From assembly GCF_963921235.1 (NCBI RefSeq), contig NC_086097.1, positions 139,626,001 through 139,690,000 of the forward strand: a DNA stretch of 64,000 nt, in the 5' to 3' direction. Both the position numbers and the translations under genes were made by a program. The notes below the pieces were generated by a model. That model worked only from the letters and a program-made list of their open reading frames with translations, had not been told where the DNA came from and ran no database searches. Origin of the DNA: Mobula hypostoma (Eukaryota). The first letter of the stretch is position 1. Each line of letters opens with the position of its first letter. This document shows, piece after piece, positions 1 through 11,300 of the stretch.

Positions 1-2145
1 GTGTTCTGGATGCTGGGGAGGCTACAGCCCATGATGAAGCTGGCAGAGTTTACAACTTCCTGCAGCTTTGTCTGATCCTGTGCAGTGGCCCCTCCGTACC
101 AGATCGTGTTGCAACCAGTTAGAATGTTCTCCACAGTACATCTGTAGGAATTTGCTACAGCCTTCGGTGACATACCAAATTTCCTCAAAACTCCCAATGA
201 AATATAGCCACTGTTGTGCTTTTTTGTAATTGCATCAATACGTTGGGCTCAGCATAGATTCTCAAAGATGTTGACACCCAGAAACTTGAACTTCTCATAT
301 TTTTCACTTCAGATCCCTCAATGACGACTAGTGTGTGTTTCTGCGACTTCCCCTTCCTGAAATCCACAATCAATTCCTTGATCTTAATGACATTGAGTGG
401 AAGGTTGGTGCTGCAACACTACACAACCAGCTGATCTATCTCACTCTTGTATGCCCCCACGACACCATCTCAAATTCAGCAAACAGTCGTCTCATTAATA
501 AAGTGAAAGTTGACATTTGAGCTGCCCGTAGCCACACAATTGTGGATGTAGAGAGAGTAGAGTAAATTTCAAAGTAAGTTTATTATCAGAGTACATATCC
601 GTCACCATATACATCTCTGAGATTCAGTTCCCTGCAGGTAATCACAAGTACAAGAAACACAATAAAATCAATGAAAGACCACACCCTACTGACTACAACA
701 ACCAATGTGCAAAAAAAACCCACAAATACAAAAAAGAAAATAATAAATAAGCAGTAAGTGTTGAGAACGTGAGATGAAGAGTCCTTGAAAGTGAGTCTAA
801 TTCGCGGGAACAATTCAGTGATGGGGTGAGTGAAGTTGAGTAAAGTTAGCCCATCTGGTTCAAGCCTGATGGTTAAGAAGTATCAGCTATTTCTGAACCT
901 GGTAGTGCAGGTCTTGAGGCTCCTGTACTTTCTTCCTAGTGGCAGCAGTGAGAAGAGAGAAGCCTGGAGGTTGGGCATCCTTGATGATGATGATTGCTAC
1001 TTTCCTTTGGCAGAGCTCCATACAGATGTCCTCAGTGGTGGGGAGGGCTTTACCCACTACTTTTTCTAGGCTTTTCCATGCAAGGGCATTGGTGTTTCCA
1101 CACCAGCCCATGATGCAACCAGTCAATATACTCTCCACCACACATCTCAAGAAGTTGTGGGGTCATCAGAGTTTTAGATGAAATGCGAAATCTTTGCAAT
1201 CTTCTAAAACGGTAGAGATGCTGCCACGCTTTCTTTGTAATGGCATTTAGGTTCTGGACCCAGCACAGATCCTCTGAAATAATAACATCAAGGAATTTAA
1301 AGTTGTTGGCCCTCTCCACCTCTAATCCCCCAATGAAGACTGGCTCATGGACCTCCAGCGTCCAACTCCAGAAGTCAATAATCATCTCCTTAGTCTTGCT
1401 GATGTTGAGTGAGAGGTTATTGTGGCATCACTCAATGTCCTTCCTATATGCTGATTTGTCACCACTCTTGATTCGGCCATTGACAGTGGTGTCATCAGCA
1501 AAGTTAAATATGGCATTGGAGCTGTGCTTAACTTCAGTCATAAGTATAAAGCAAGTAAGGTAGGGAGCTAAACACAAAGCCTTGTGGTGCACCTGTACTG
1601 AGGAAGATTGTGGAGGAGATGTTGATGCCAATCTGAACTGATTGGGGTCTGCAAGTGAGGAAGTCGGGGATCGGGTTGCACAAGGAGGTATTGAAGCCTA
1701 GGACTTAAGGCTCATTGATTAATTTTGAGGGGATGATAGTACTGAATGCTGAGATGTAGTCAATGAAAACCATCCTGATGTATGCTTCTTTGCTGTCCAG
1801 ATGTTCCAGGATTGAGCGAAGAGCAGATAAAATGGTGCCTGCTGTTACCCTGTTGTGTTGATAGGCAAATTGGAGTGTATCCAAGTTGCTTCTCAGGCAA
1901 GAGTTGATACGTTTCATCACCAGCCTCTCAAAGAACTTCATCACCATGGCTAAGCACACATCCTTGAGGAGAATCAGTATTGATTGTCAGTGAAGAGATG
2001 TTATTTCCGATCCACACAGATCGTGGTCTACTGCTGAGGAAGTCAAGGATCCAGTTGCAGAGGGAGGTACAGAGACCCAGGTTTTGGAGCTTGTTGTTTA
2101 GAACTGACGGTATGATTGTGTTGAATGCTGAGCTGCAGTCAGTAA
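1..2145 (-). mobile_element. Rex/Babar-clade LINE fragment (1-564 and about 1950-2145), split by a second Rex/Babar insertion
   Basis: Minus-strand translations give RT motifs ([45 protein letters not shown]). The sequence at about 560 (gagagtagagta) resumes at about 1950 (aagcacacatccttgagg). Confidence 0.8.
565..1948 (-). mobile_element. Rex/Babar LINE, 5'-truncated and decayed (RT, C-terminal region, 3' UTR)
   Basis: [50 protein letters not shown] and ESILTGCIMGWCGN occur in shifting frames. An AATAAA-containing tail lies at about 565-590 on the minus strand. Confidence 0.85.
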
Positions 2146-2580
2146 ACAGAACAAAATCAGTTCCAATATGGGTTTTGCTCTCAGCCACTTCCTCTTTGTG
2201 TTTTGCCTTTCTGTGTTTGTGTCCTGATGTCTTGTTACAGTTCTTAAGACTCACAGGTGATATTGTGGACATCTCTGCCTTAGACAGAGCTGTACTGTTG
2301 AGCTTTCTGTGGCTGCAGCTGTTCGTGCAGGCATGGCATACTCGCTACATGACAGCCACATCAATACACCCTTTAATTAGCAATTTCAACGTCCCAGGAT
2401 CACAGAATATGATAACATATTTACCAGTTAGGCTACTGGACCCGCAGTCAGAAAGTCTTAGGATGTGAATTACGATCTTACCATTAAAGCTGGGGAACTT
2501 AAACTCAAATAATTAAGTATTTTTAAAAGACTGCAATTAGTAACAAAGGCCCTAAATCCACTGCACTACTGTAAAGATCC

Positions 2581-2740
2581 TAAACACATGAGATTCTGCA
2601 GATGCTCAAAATCTAGAGCAGCAAACACAAAACGCTGGAATAACTCAAGACTGATGAAAGTTCTCTACTCAAAATGTAGGCTGTTTATTTCTCTCAATAG
2701 ATGATGCCTGCTGAGTTCCTTCAGCATTTTGTGTGTATTA
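2581..2740. mobile_element. Decayed Penelope-like terminal fragment with fold-back structure
   Basis: Same family as 4024-4149 (ttctgcagatgct...acacaaaacgctgga / tgctgagttccttcagcattttgtgtg). A degenerate CTGATGA core is at 2651-2657. Confidence 0.55.
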
Positions 2741-4023
2741 TAAAACAGACACTTCATTCACTAATGTTTTCTAGTAGTGGATGCCCACCACTCTGACCCT
2801 CACAGACCTCTGTGACTGTGTCACACAAGGTGGTTGAATCCTAATTGACTTGTCAGATCAGGAGCAATTAGGAATGGTCAATAACTGCTAGCATTTCCAA
2901 TATTCAATGAATAAGTCAATGATAATTGAACTGCTCTGAAGTTTTCAAAAAAAGCAGGAAACTGAAATAGAAACAGGAAATGCTGGTAGAGCAGCTCAGA
3001 CATCATCTGTGGAGAGATGCTCTGAAAACTTGTTTTACAGTCATTTCACAAAGATGTATGTTAAACCAACTTCAGGAAAGTGAGCATTCAGAAGTACATA
3101 ACTCAGTAAAATAAAATGATCCTTGTTAGTTAGCCCAAAGGGAAACCCCATTCTCTAAATAGTGCCAAGTTCTGAAGTAGTTTATTATGTGACTTTAGTT
3201 GTTTCTTTATCACAACAAAACTTGCTTAATATGGGAGGTTTATTGCACAGTTTGTTGCAGTAAAAAGCTTGCATGAGCTTCTGATCCAGCAGGTCTAGCT
3301 GGTTTGGTTTCACTGGCAAAATGGTTGAGCTTTATTGTCCCCTTGTGGTCGCAGGTGATATTGAAGCTGGAAGGATTCAGTGCTGAGTGGTTTTATTTGT
3401 ATCTAAGTTGATTATCACTGACCGTTTTCCAATTTAGGAAAATGTTCACTGCATTGCTATGGAAACTTTAATAAAATGATTCAGAGGCCTATGCAAGTGA
3501 GTATAGGAAGCCAATGTAGATTAGATGAGTTATTTACATAGTGGCTAGTAACTGGTTGCTGGTCACTTGAGTTCTCCACTCTGACCTCAGCAACTCACAT
3601 ATTAATATTACACCAAAGCTCAATATAAACTTAAGGAATAACACTTCATCTTGTTACAGACCTTGACAGGTTTCCACCTCAACTATGGATTCAGCAATTT
3701 CCGTCAAAACCACCACTCCCAGTTTCTCAGATACCAGATGCTGCTAATCATTCTGCTGCTGTAGCTATTTACAGCTCCTCTGGTTTCAAGTGCACATTAA
3801 AATCCCCGACTTACCAGACTGCTACTTGTACCTTCACTACTAAATCTTGTCTTGTATCATCATCCTGACACTGGTGCTCTGCAGAGTTGCCGGCTCTGTC
3901 CCCCACTTTATTTCTCATTTGTTCATGACTCTGGCCATTTCAGTGTCAACTCAATATTCAAGTTGTCCGATGACACCACTGTTATAGGTTGGATCAACAA
4001 TAAAAATGAGACAGAGTTCAGGA

Positions 4024-4149
4024 AACAAGAGGAATTCTGCAGATGCTGGAAATTCAAGCAACACACTTCAAAGTTGCTGGTGAATGCAGCAGGCCAGGCA
4101 GCATCTCTAGGAAGAGGTACAGTCGACGTTTCAGGCCGAGACCCTTCGT
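4024..4149 (-). mobile_element. Young Penelope-like-element terminal insertion with 12-bp target-site duplication
   Basis: CAGAGTTCAGGA occurs at 4012-4023 and 4150-4161. The insert is nearly identical to the arms of 40464-40635. Confidence 0.75.
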
Positions 4150-4152
4150 CAG
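4120..4152 (-). ncRNA. Minimal type-I hammerhead ribozyme core; the 5' strand of stem I is missing
   Basis: The minus strand reads CUGACGA-AGG-GUCUCGG-CCU-GAAAC-GUC-GACUG: CUGANGA box, stem II, GAAA, palindromic ACGU stem III and a GUC cleavage triplet. Confidence 0.55.
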
Positions 4153-4254
4153 AGTTCAGGACTTATGTTATGACATCAGAACAACCACCTAGCCCTTCAT
4201 GTTAGCAAAGCAAATGGGCTGATTATTGACCTAAGGAAGCAGGGAAGGTGAAAA

Positions 4255-6485
4255 TGGAATTGGTTTATTATTGTCACATGTACTGGGGTATAGCGAAAGA
4301 TTGTCTTGCCTACTCTTCATGCAGATCAATTTATTACATAGTGCATTGAGGTAGTACAAGGTAAATCAATAAAAGTGCAGAATAAATTGCAGGAGCTACA
4401 GAGAAAGTGCAGTGCAGGTAGACAATTTAGTGGAAGATCATAATGAGGTAGATTATGATCCTAGGGAACCGTTCAATAGTCTTATAACACAGGGATAGAA
4501 GCTGTTCCTGATCTTGGTGATTGGTGCTTTTAGGCTTTTGTATGTTTTTCCTAATGTGAGAAGAGAGAGGAAAGAATGTTTAAAGTTCAAATTAAGTTTA
4601 TTATCAAAGTACATATATGTCCCCATATACAGCCCTGAGATTCATTTTCTTGTGGGCATACTCAGTTGATATAAGATAGTAACCACAGCAAAATCAATGA
4701 AAGACCGCCCATCTAAGGCATTCAACCAGAGTGCAAAGGCAACAAACTGCGCAAATACAAAAAGAAGAAAAAATAGTAATAAATAAATAAGGAATTAATA
4801 TCGAGAACATGAGATAGTGAGTCCATTGCTTGTGGGAACATTTCAATGATGGGTCAAGAGAAGTTGATTCTTTGGTTGAAGAGCCTGATGGTTGAAGAGT
4901 AGCAAGTTTTCCTGAACCTGATGGTGTGAGTCCTAAGGTCCTTCTTTTTCCTGATGACAGCAGTGAGAAGAGAGCATGTCCTGGTTGGTGGAGATCCCTG
5001 ATGATGGATGCTACTTTCCTGTCACAGCATTTCATGTAGATATGCTCAATGGTTGGGAGGTCTTTGCCCATGATGGACTGGGCTGTATCCACTACTTTTT
5101 GAAGACATTTCTATAAAAGGACATTGGTGTTTCCACACCAGGCTGTGATGCAGCCAGTCAATATACACACCACTAAACATATGTAGAAGTTTGTCAAAGT
5201 TTTAGATGTCATGCCAAGTCTCCACAAACTCCTCAGGAAGTAGAGGCACTGCTGTGTTTCTTCATAATTGTACTTACGTACTGAGCCCAGGACAGTTCCT
5301 CTGGAATAACAACTGAACTTAAAGTTGCTAACCCTCTTCACCTCTGATCCTCCAATGAGGACTGGCTCATGGACCTCTCGTTTCCTTCTCCTGAATGTTT
5401 GGGGTGCGTGTGGTCATTGATAATGTTGGCTTCTTTCTGAGGTAGCAAGAATTATAGAGGGAGTCCATGGAGGCTGATTTCTGTTGAGTGCTGAGCTGTG
5501 TCCTCAACTCCAGTTCCTTGTGGACAAGGGCAGATCAGTTGCCATAGCAAACTATTATACGTTCAGATAGGATGTTTTCTATGGTGCTTTGATAAAATTG
5601 GTAAGGATCTGCAGAGACTTGCTAAATTTCTTTACCCGTCTGAGAAATTAGAAATATTGGTGAGATTTCTTGACCATGGAGTTTGCATGGTTGGATCAGG
5701 ACAGGCTATTGGTACTGTTCACTCCTAGGAACTTAAATCTCTCAACCTCACACCATTGATGAAGACAGGAGCATGTGGTCCAACCCCCTTTTTGAAGTCA
5801 ATTGATTTTGCTGACATTGAGGGAAATGTTGTCAACTCACTGTTATTTGAGATATCGTCCACCATTATGGGGTCATCTGCAAGCTTGTAGATGGTTTTGA
5901 GCAGAGTCCGGCCACAGAGTCATGAATGTTATGGGAGTACAGTAGGAGGCTGAGGATGCAGCCTTCTGGGGCACCAGTGTTGAGAATAATTATGGTGGAG
6001 GTGTTGCTGCCTATCCTTACTGATTGCAATGTATTAGTCAAGAAGTCAGGGATGTTCCAGAGATGAGTGAGGGCCAGGGAGATGATTTCCACTATCAACC
6101 TGTTTAGGTGTTTGGCAAATTGCAGTGGGTTGAGGTTGTCTGAAAAGCTGGAGCTGATGCGTACCATGACCAGCTTCTCAAAGCACTTCATGGTGGTAGA
6201 TGTCAGAGTCACTGGGTAGTAGTCATTAAGCATATTACCTTGCTTTTCTTAGTTACCAGGATGATAGCGGTTTTCTTAAAGCGAGTGGAAACTTCATACA
6301 GAAGCAGGGAGAGGCTAAAATGTCTGAACATACCTCTGCCAGCTAATTTGCACTGGCCATAAGAACACAGCCAGGGACACCAGTTAGGCCTGATGTTTTC
6401 TGGAGGTTCACTCTTACTTATCACCTCTACTCGGGCATAGACCACCAACAGCAGCTCACCAGAGTCCTCTGTCCTGGCCCAGTCT
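4255..6485 (-). mobile_element. Old Rex/Babar LINE (4255-4581 and 5393-6485), host to a nested copy
   Basis: LNDYYPVTLTSTTMKCFEKLVMVRISS, NTGAPEGCILSLLLYS and FKKTAIILVTKKSKVICL. Confidence 0.8.
4582..5392 (-). mobile_element. Rex/Babar 3' fragment nested in an older Rex copy
   Basis: 8-bp TSD GAATGTTT at 4574-4581 and 5393-5400. Translations include YFLRSLWRLGMTSKTLTNFY and HALFSLLSSGKR. Confidence 0.8.
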
Positions 6486-6770
6486 TTCAAGTTGTCCCCA
6501 CGTGTAGCCCATCATACACCTTCAAAGTTCAGAGTATATTTATTATCAAATAATGCATACATTATACAACCTTAAGATCTGTCTCCCTACAGGCAGCCAC
6601 AAAACAAAGAACCCGTTAAAAATAAACAGAAGTTGCAGTGAGAGAAAAAACCAAATCTTGCAAACAATGAAAGTAAGCAAATAACATTCAGAACAACTGT
6701 GAGTCCATAGACATGAAGCCCCGAGCAGGCCATAGCCTCAGCCTTATTTCAGTGCAGAGCCAAGTAAACG

Positions 6771-7580
6771 CAGACATCCCACCCCTCTCGGAAGTTCCAG
6801 GAGTCTCCGGCATATTGATAGCGGCTCCCTGACACCCGCAAATTATACACAATATCCCAGAAATCATCTTTTTTTCAGAGTGAGCGAGCGAGGGGGGGAG
6901 AGGGACAGAGAGAGCGAGTGACAGACATAGCGAGAGTGACAGAGAGCGCATCCTGATTGGTCTCTCTTTGTGGTAAGTAGACCTATCAGTTTTCTCTGTG
7001 GGTGGGCTTTACAGTCAACCTCTCTCTCTCTTTCATTGTCCATCAATTCAGTTTAGTGTCCTGCAGAGCCGTGGCAGAGTGTTCCAAAGAAAGAAAATAT
7101 AAAACGTTCTTCACGCCAGACTACACTAAAGTGTACCCCTGCCTAATAGGGGTCAAAAATAATGACAGTGTTGCTTGCTGTACTGTTTGCAACAGTGACT
7201 CTTCTATTGGCCATAGTGGGTTAAACGACTATAAAAGACATGTTGAGGTGAGTCCTGGATTATGTCTCAACTAACCTTGAAGGACTGGTGCCAAAATACA
7301 AAAGTTTGCCAGTTGATGAGTTCTGGGGGAAGCTGTCCAAAGTAAAATCTGTGAGCACAGGGCAGTTGAGATTCAAAGAGCTCTGCCAGTTGATGAAGCT
7401 GCTTTTGGTGCTGCCAAATTGTAATTGTGATGTAGAAAGGACATTCAGCATGGTGCGTCACATTAAGACAGAATTCAGAAATCAGCTGTCTCACAAAACA
7501 CTTGTGAATCTGATGTCTTGCAAAATTAACAAATTCACTGACACAGACTGCTATGAGGTTGAGACCCCCCCCCCCAAAAT
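6771..7580 (+). mobile_element. Internally deleted hAT DNA transposon (zinc-finger region joined to dimerization-domain region)
   Basis: CCTVCNSDSSIGHSGLNDYKRH is a BED-like C2H2 finger. LLVLPNCNCDVERTFSMVRHIKTEFRNQL resembles the hAT C-terminal dimerization motif. A subterminal GC-rich left end starts at about 6771. Confidence 0.7.
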
Positions 7581-8084
7581 GAGGCTGAGACCTCCCTGAA
7601 ATGAATGTCACGGAGCAGCAAGCAGAACCAGCCTTCCCCTTGCCTTTTGTCTCAACACCCTGCCTTTTCAATCCATCTGGCCCAACATTTAAATCATTAG
7701 AACATCGGGTTGTTTCTCTCACTAGGACTTGGGTACTATTACGTTGATACACTCTGGGCCTAGACCCTGCCGCCACGGTTTTGGCCTGAACCTGACATTT
7801 CCAAATCAGCCTGGCACTTAGATTGATCAAACTTCCCACTCTCAGTTTAGGTGGATGGCCTCGAATCTGCTGTTCCTCCCCTCCAACTTTGCTCCACTCC
7901 GCTCATCCCGACTTTGCCTTGAACATGCTTTATCCTCGCCTTGCACCCACACGCTTCAACCCTTGACTCAGCCTCGCCTCTCCATTGTTTGCAGTCATCA
8001 TTCACCATAGATTTTACAAGAAAAAGTGCTATTAAGTAAGTATTTAGTTCTATTCTTTGTTTCATTTGCTGCCAGCGAGTAGTC

Positions 8085-8260
8085 ACTGGGCCTCACCAAT
8101 GTCATCTTAAACAGAAGATTCATCCACTCCAAGGGATGAGGTCTTTGGAGCTCCTATGGACTTTACTGTAGCTCTGGGATTTAACAGGATGGGGTGACTA
8201 GCCCCATGCCCAACCCTCCTCCTTTTGCAGCAGAGCTTCAGACCGTCCATAGTAGAATTG
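8085..8260. repeat. Short interspersed repeat remnant, possibly RTE-related
   Basis: Contains the motif ggatggggtgactagccccatgcccaaccctcctccttttgcagc, which resembles RTE-type UTR sequence. Recognition only. Confidence 0.3.
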
Positions 8261-8380
8261 CAGGTTTGGTCTGCGAAAGACTAATCTTACGGCCACAACA
8301 GTGACTGTGGATTTAGGTGCATTAGAGGCTGTCAGAGTGGTGACATACCGATCACCCTCTTTTCAAAACATGCGGAAGAC

Positions 8381-11300
8381 CGTAAGACATACAAGCAGCA
8401 TTGGGCCATTCAGCTCATCGAGTCTGCTTCTCCATTCATTCCGTCATGGCTGATCCCGGATCCGACTAAACCCCATACACCTGCCTTCTTGCCATATCCT
8501 TTGATGCCCTGACCAATCATGAAATGATTAACTTTCATTTTAAATATACCCAGTGTCACGTACCCCGTGACGGGTTAAAGAACCAGCAGAAATAGAAAAC
8601 ACTTTGGAGTCTGGTATCGCTGTTAACATATGCTATTTTTATTAGTAACTACATAATACAGTCATCTATAACCGGATAAATCAAACCAAGTTACCAGTGT
8701 TACATGTATATATGTGTGCAAATATAACTCCCAAACTATTGAGTTTGGGGGAAACAAGGCTTAGAGTCTTGAGATGGTAAACTATGAAAGTTCAGTTCAT
8801 CCGTGGAATAGGTGATGAGAGAGAGATATTTGTAATCCAGGGTAAATGTCGAGAGAAGGCAATTATATTGATATTCCATAGATTCCATGACAGCAATACA
8901 AAATAACGATAGTAGTAGGTTTTATCTCCAAAGTTGTTCCACTCCACACACGAAATATCACTGACAGTGATCTTCAATGAATATCCTTTCAACACAGGTG
9001 GTACCACACCCGAATTCAGCTACGGGTCATTCCAAAGTGGTGGCCACAGGATACTCCAACAGAATCCACATATGGATTATCACCAACAGTAGCTTATCTC
9101 TAAAGGGACCCTCTTCAAGGGAACCAACCCCAAACACGCAACGTGATAGCCACTTATCCAGTTCCACGACATACGAAATAACTCCAACAGTGATTTGCCA
9201 CAGGGGTGCCTTTCTTCAGTGAACTACCACACCCAAACAAGGGTAACATATAAGTGGTATTCATAAAAGTACTCCCCTCACCAGAGAACCCACTCTTGTG
9301 GATTAACTACGTGACAGTCACACCTTCGTATTCGAATGGAACTCAAACTCACCCTTACAGGCTACTTAGAGAGAGAGTGTCCAAACAGTGACCTCTTTGT
9401 CACTAGGTTTCTTCTGTTTCAAATCTTCCTCTCCCCTCTTCTCTTCCTTTAAAGTCACCGAATGTAACCACAACAAGGGGACCGTTTTCCTGTGCTGGAG
9501 TTATCGACCCAGGTGAGGGTTGGACTCATGAATAACTCCTCACCGGTCACACCTTTTCCGCACTGCAAGAGCCACTGATCGATTCACCTGACCAATCCTC
9601 CAAACACCCACCTTTTTGTGGGCACATAAAGCTCATCCAGTGTCCAAAACCATGTGTCTGTGAGTCTATCATCTGACCTTCTATTTATCTCATCATGCTG
9701 AACACCAGCTGTCCATCAAGTAGCTCCTCCCTTCTCTCTCTGTGAGGACACAGAAGCTGGCTGTGTCCTTGCATAAACATGCTGCAGAGAAACCATAACA
9801 TCATCTCAAAGCAGTCTTCGCCTCTCTCTCTCTCTTAATAACAAGGTGCTTGTGTTGAACAACTCTCTCTCTCTTTTTAAAGGTATAGTCCATAAAACAT
9901 ATGACCCCTAGGGGTACATAACACCATGGATTTGGCCTCCACAGCTGTCTGCACCTAAGTCCCTCTGCATCTCTGATGTTTGACTCTACAGATTCACTAC
10001 TCTGGCTAAAAATATTCCCCCTTACCCCTGTTCTAAAAGGTTACCCCTCAATTTTGCGGCTGTGTCCTCTAGTTCTGGACACCTCCTCCATAGGAAACAT
10101 CCTCTTCACATCCACCTTATCTAGTCCTTTCAACATTTGGTAGGTTTCAATGAGATCCCCCCACCCCTGTATTCTTCTAAATTCCAGTGAGTACAGGCCC
10201 AAAGCTGCCAAACGCTCCTCCAGTGTTAACCCCCTTCATTCCCAGAATCATTCTCATGAACCTCCTCTGGACCATCTCAAATGACATCACATGCTTTCTG
10301 AGATGTGGAGCCCAAACCTATTGACAATACTCCAAGTGTGTCTTGACTAGTATCTTATAAAGCCTCAGCATTATCTCCTTGTTTTTACATTCTATTCCCC
10401 TTGAAATGAATGCCAACATTGCATTTGTCTTCTTAACCACAGACTCAACCTCTCAATTAATCTCTGGGAGTTGCAAGAGGACTCCTAAGTCCCTCTGCAC
10501 CTCTGATGTTTGACTCTTCTGCCCATTTAAACAATAGTCTGAACTATTGTTCCTTTTACCAAAATGTATTTTCATACATTTCCCAACACGGTATTCCATC
10601 TCCCTTTTTTTTTTGCCCATTCTTCCAAACTGTTGAAGTACTTCTGCAATCAGCACTACCTACCCCTCCATCTATCTTCATATCATCTGCAAACTTTGCC
10701 ACAAAGCCATCAATTCCATTATCTAATCATTGACAATGTGAAAAGTAACGGTCTCCTGCCTGTCAGCCATTCCTTTACCATGCCAGTATCTTTCCTGTAA
10801 TGCCATGGGATTTTATCTTGTTAAGCAGCCTCATTTGTGGCACCTTATTAAATGCCTTCTGAAAATCCAAGTTGATGATATCCACTGCCTCTCCTTTGTC
10901 CACCCTGCTTGTAACTTTCTCGAAGAACTCTAATAGATTTGTCAGGCAAATTTACAGAAACCATGATGGTTTTGACATTTTATCATTAGTCTCCAAGTAC
11001 CTTAAAATCTCATCCATAATAATGGTCTCCAACACTTTCCCAACTACTGAGGTTAGGGTAACTGGCCTATAATTTCCTCCCTTTTGCCTTCCTCCCTTCT
11101 TAAAGAGTGGAGTGACATTGCAATTTTCCAGACCTTTGGAACCATACCAGAAACAAATGATTCTTGAAAGATCATGACCAATGCATCTGCTATTTCTTCA
11201 GCAACCTCCTTCAGAACTCTGGGATGTAGTCCATCTGGTCCTGTTGACTTATTCACCTGAAGACCTTCGAGTTTGTCTTGCACTTTTTCCTTTGTAATAG

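Larger units (their letters stand above)
3860..4245 (+). mobile_element. Rex/Babar RT fragment
   Basis: NSIFKLSDDTTVIGWINNKNETEFR. Interrupted by the 4024-4149 insertion. Confidence 0.7.

Noticed and set aside
3332..3351. CTCF-like motif TGTCCCCTTGTGGTC
   Set aside because: Several mismatches to the consensus. A single such match is expected by chance in 64 kb.
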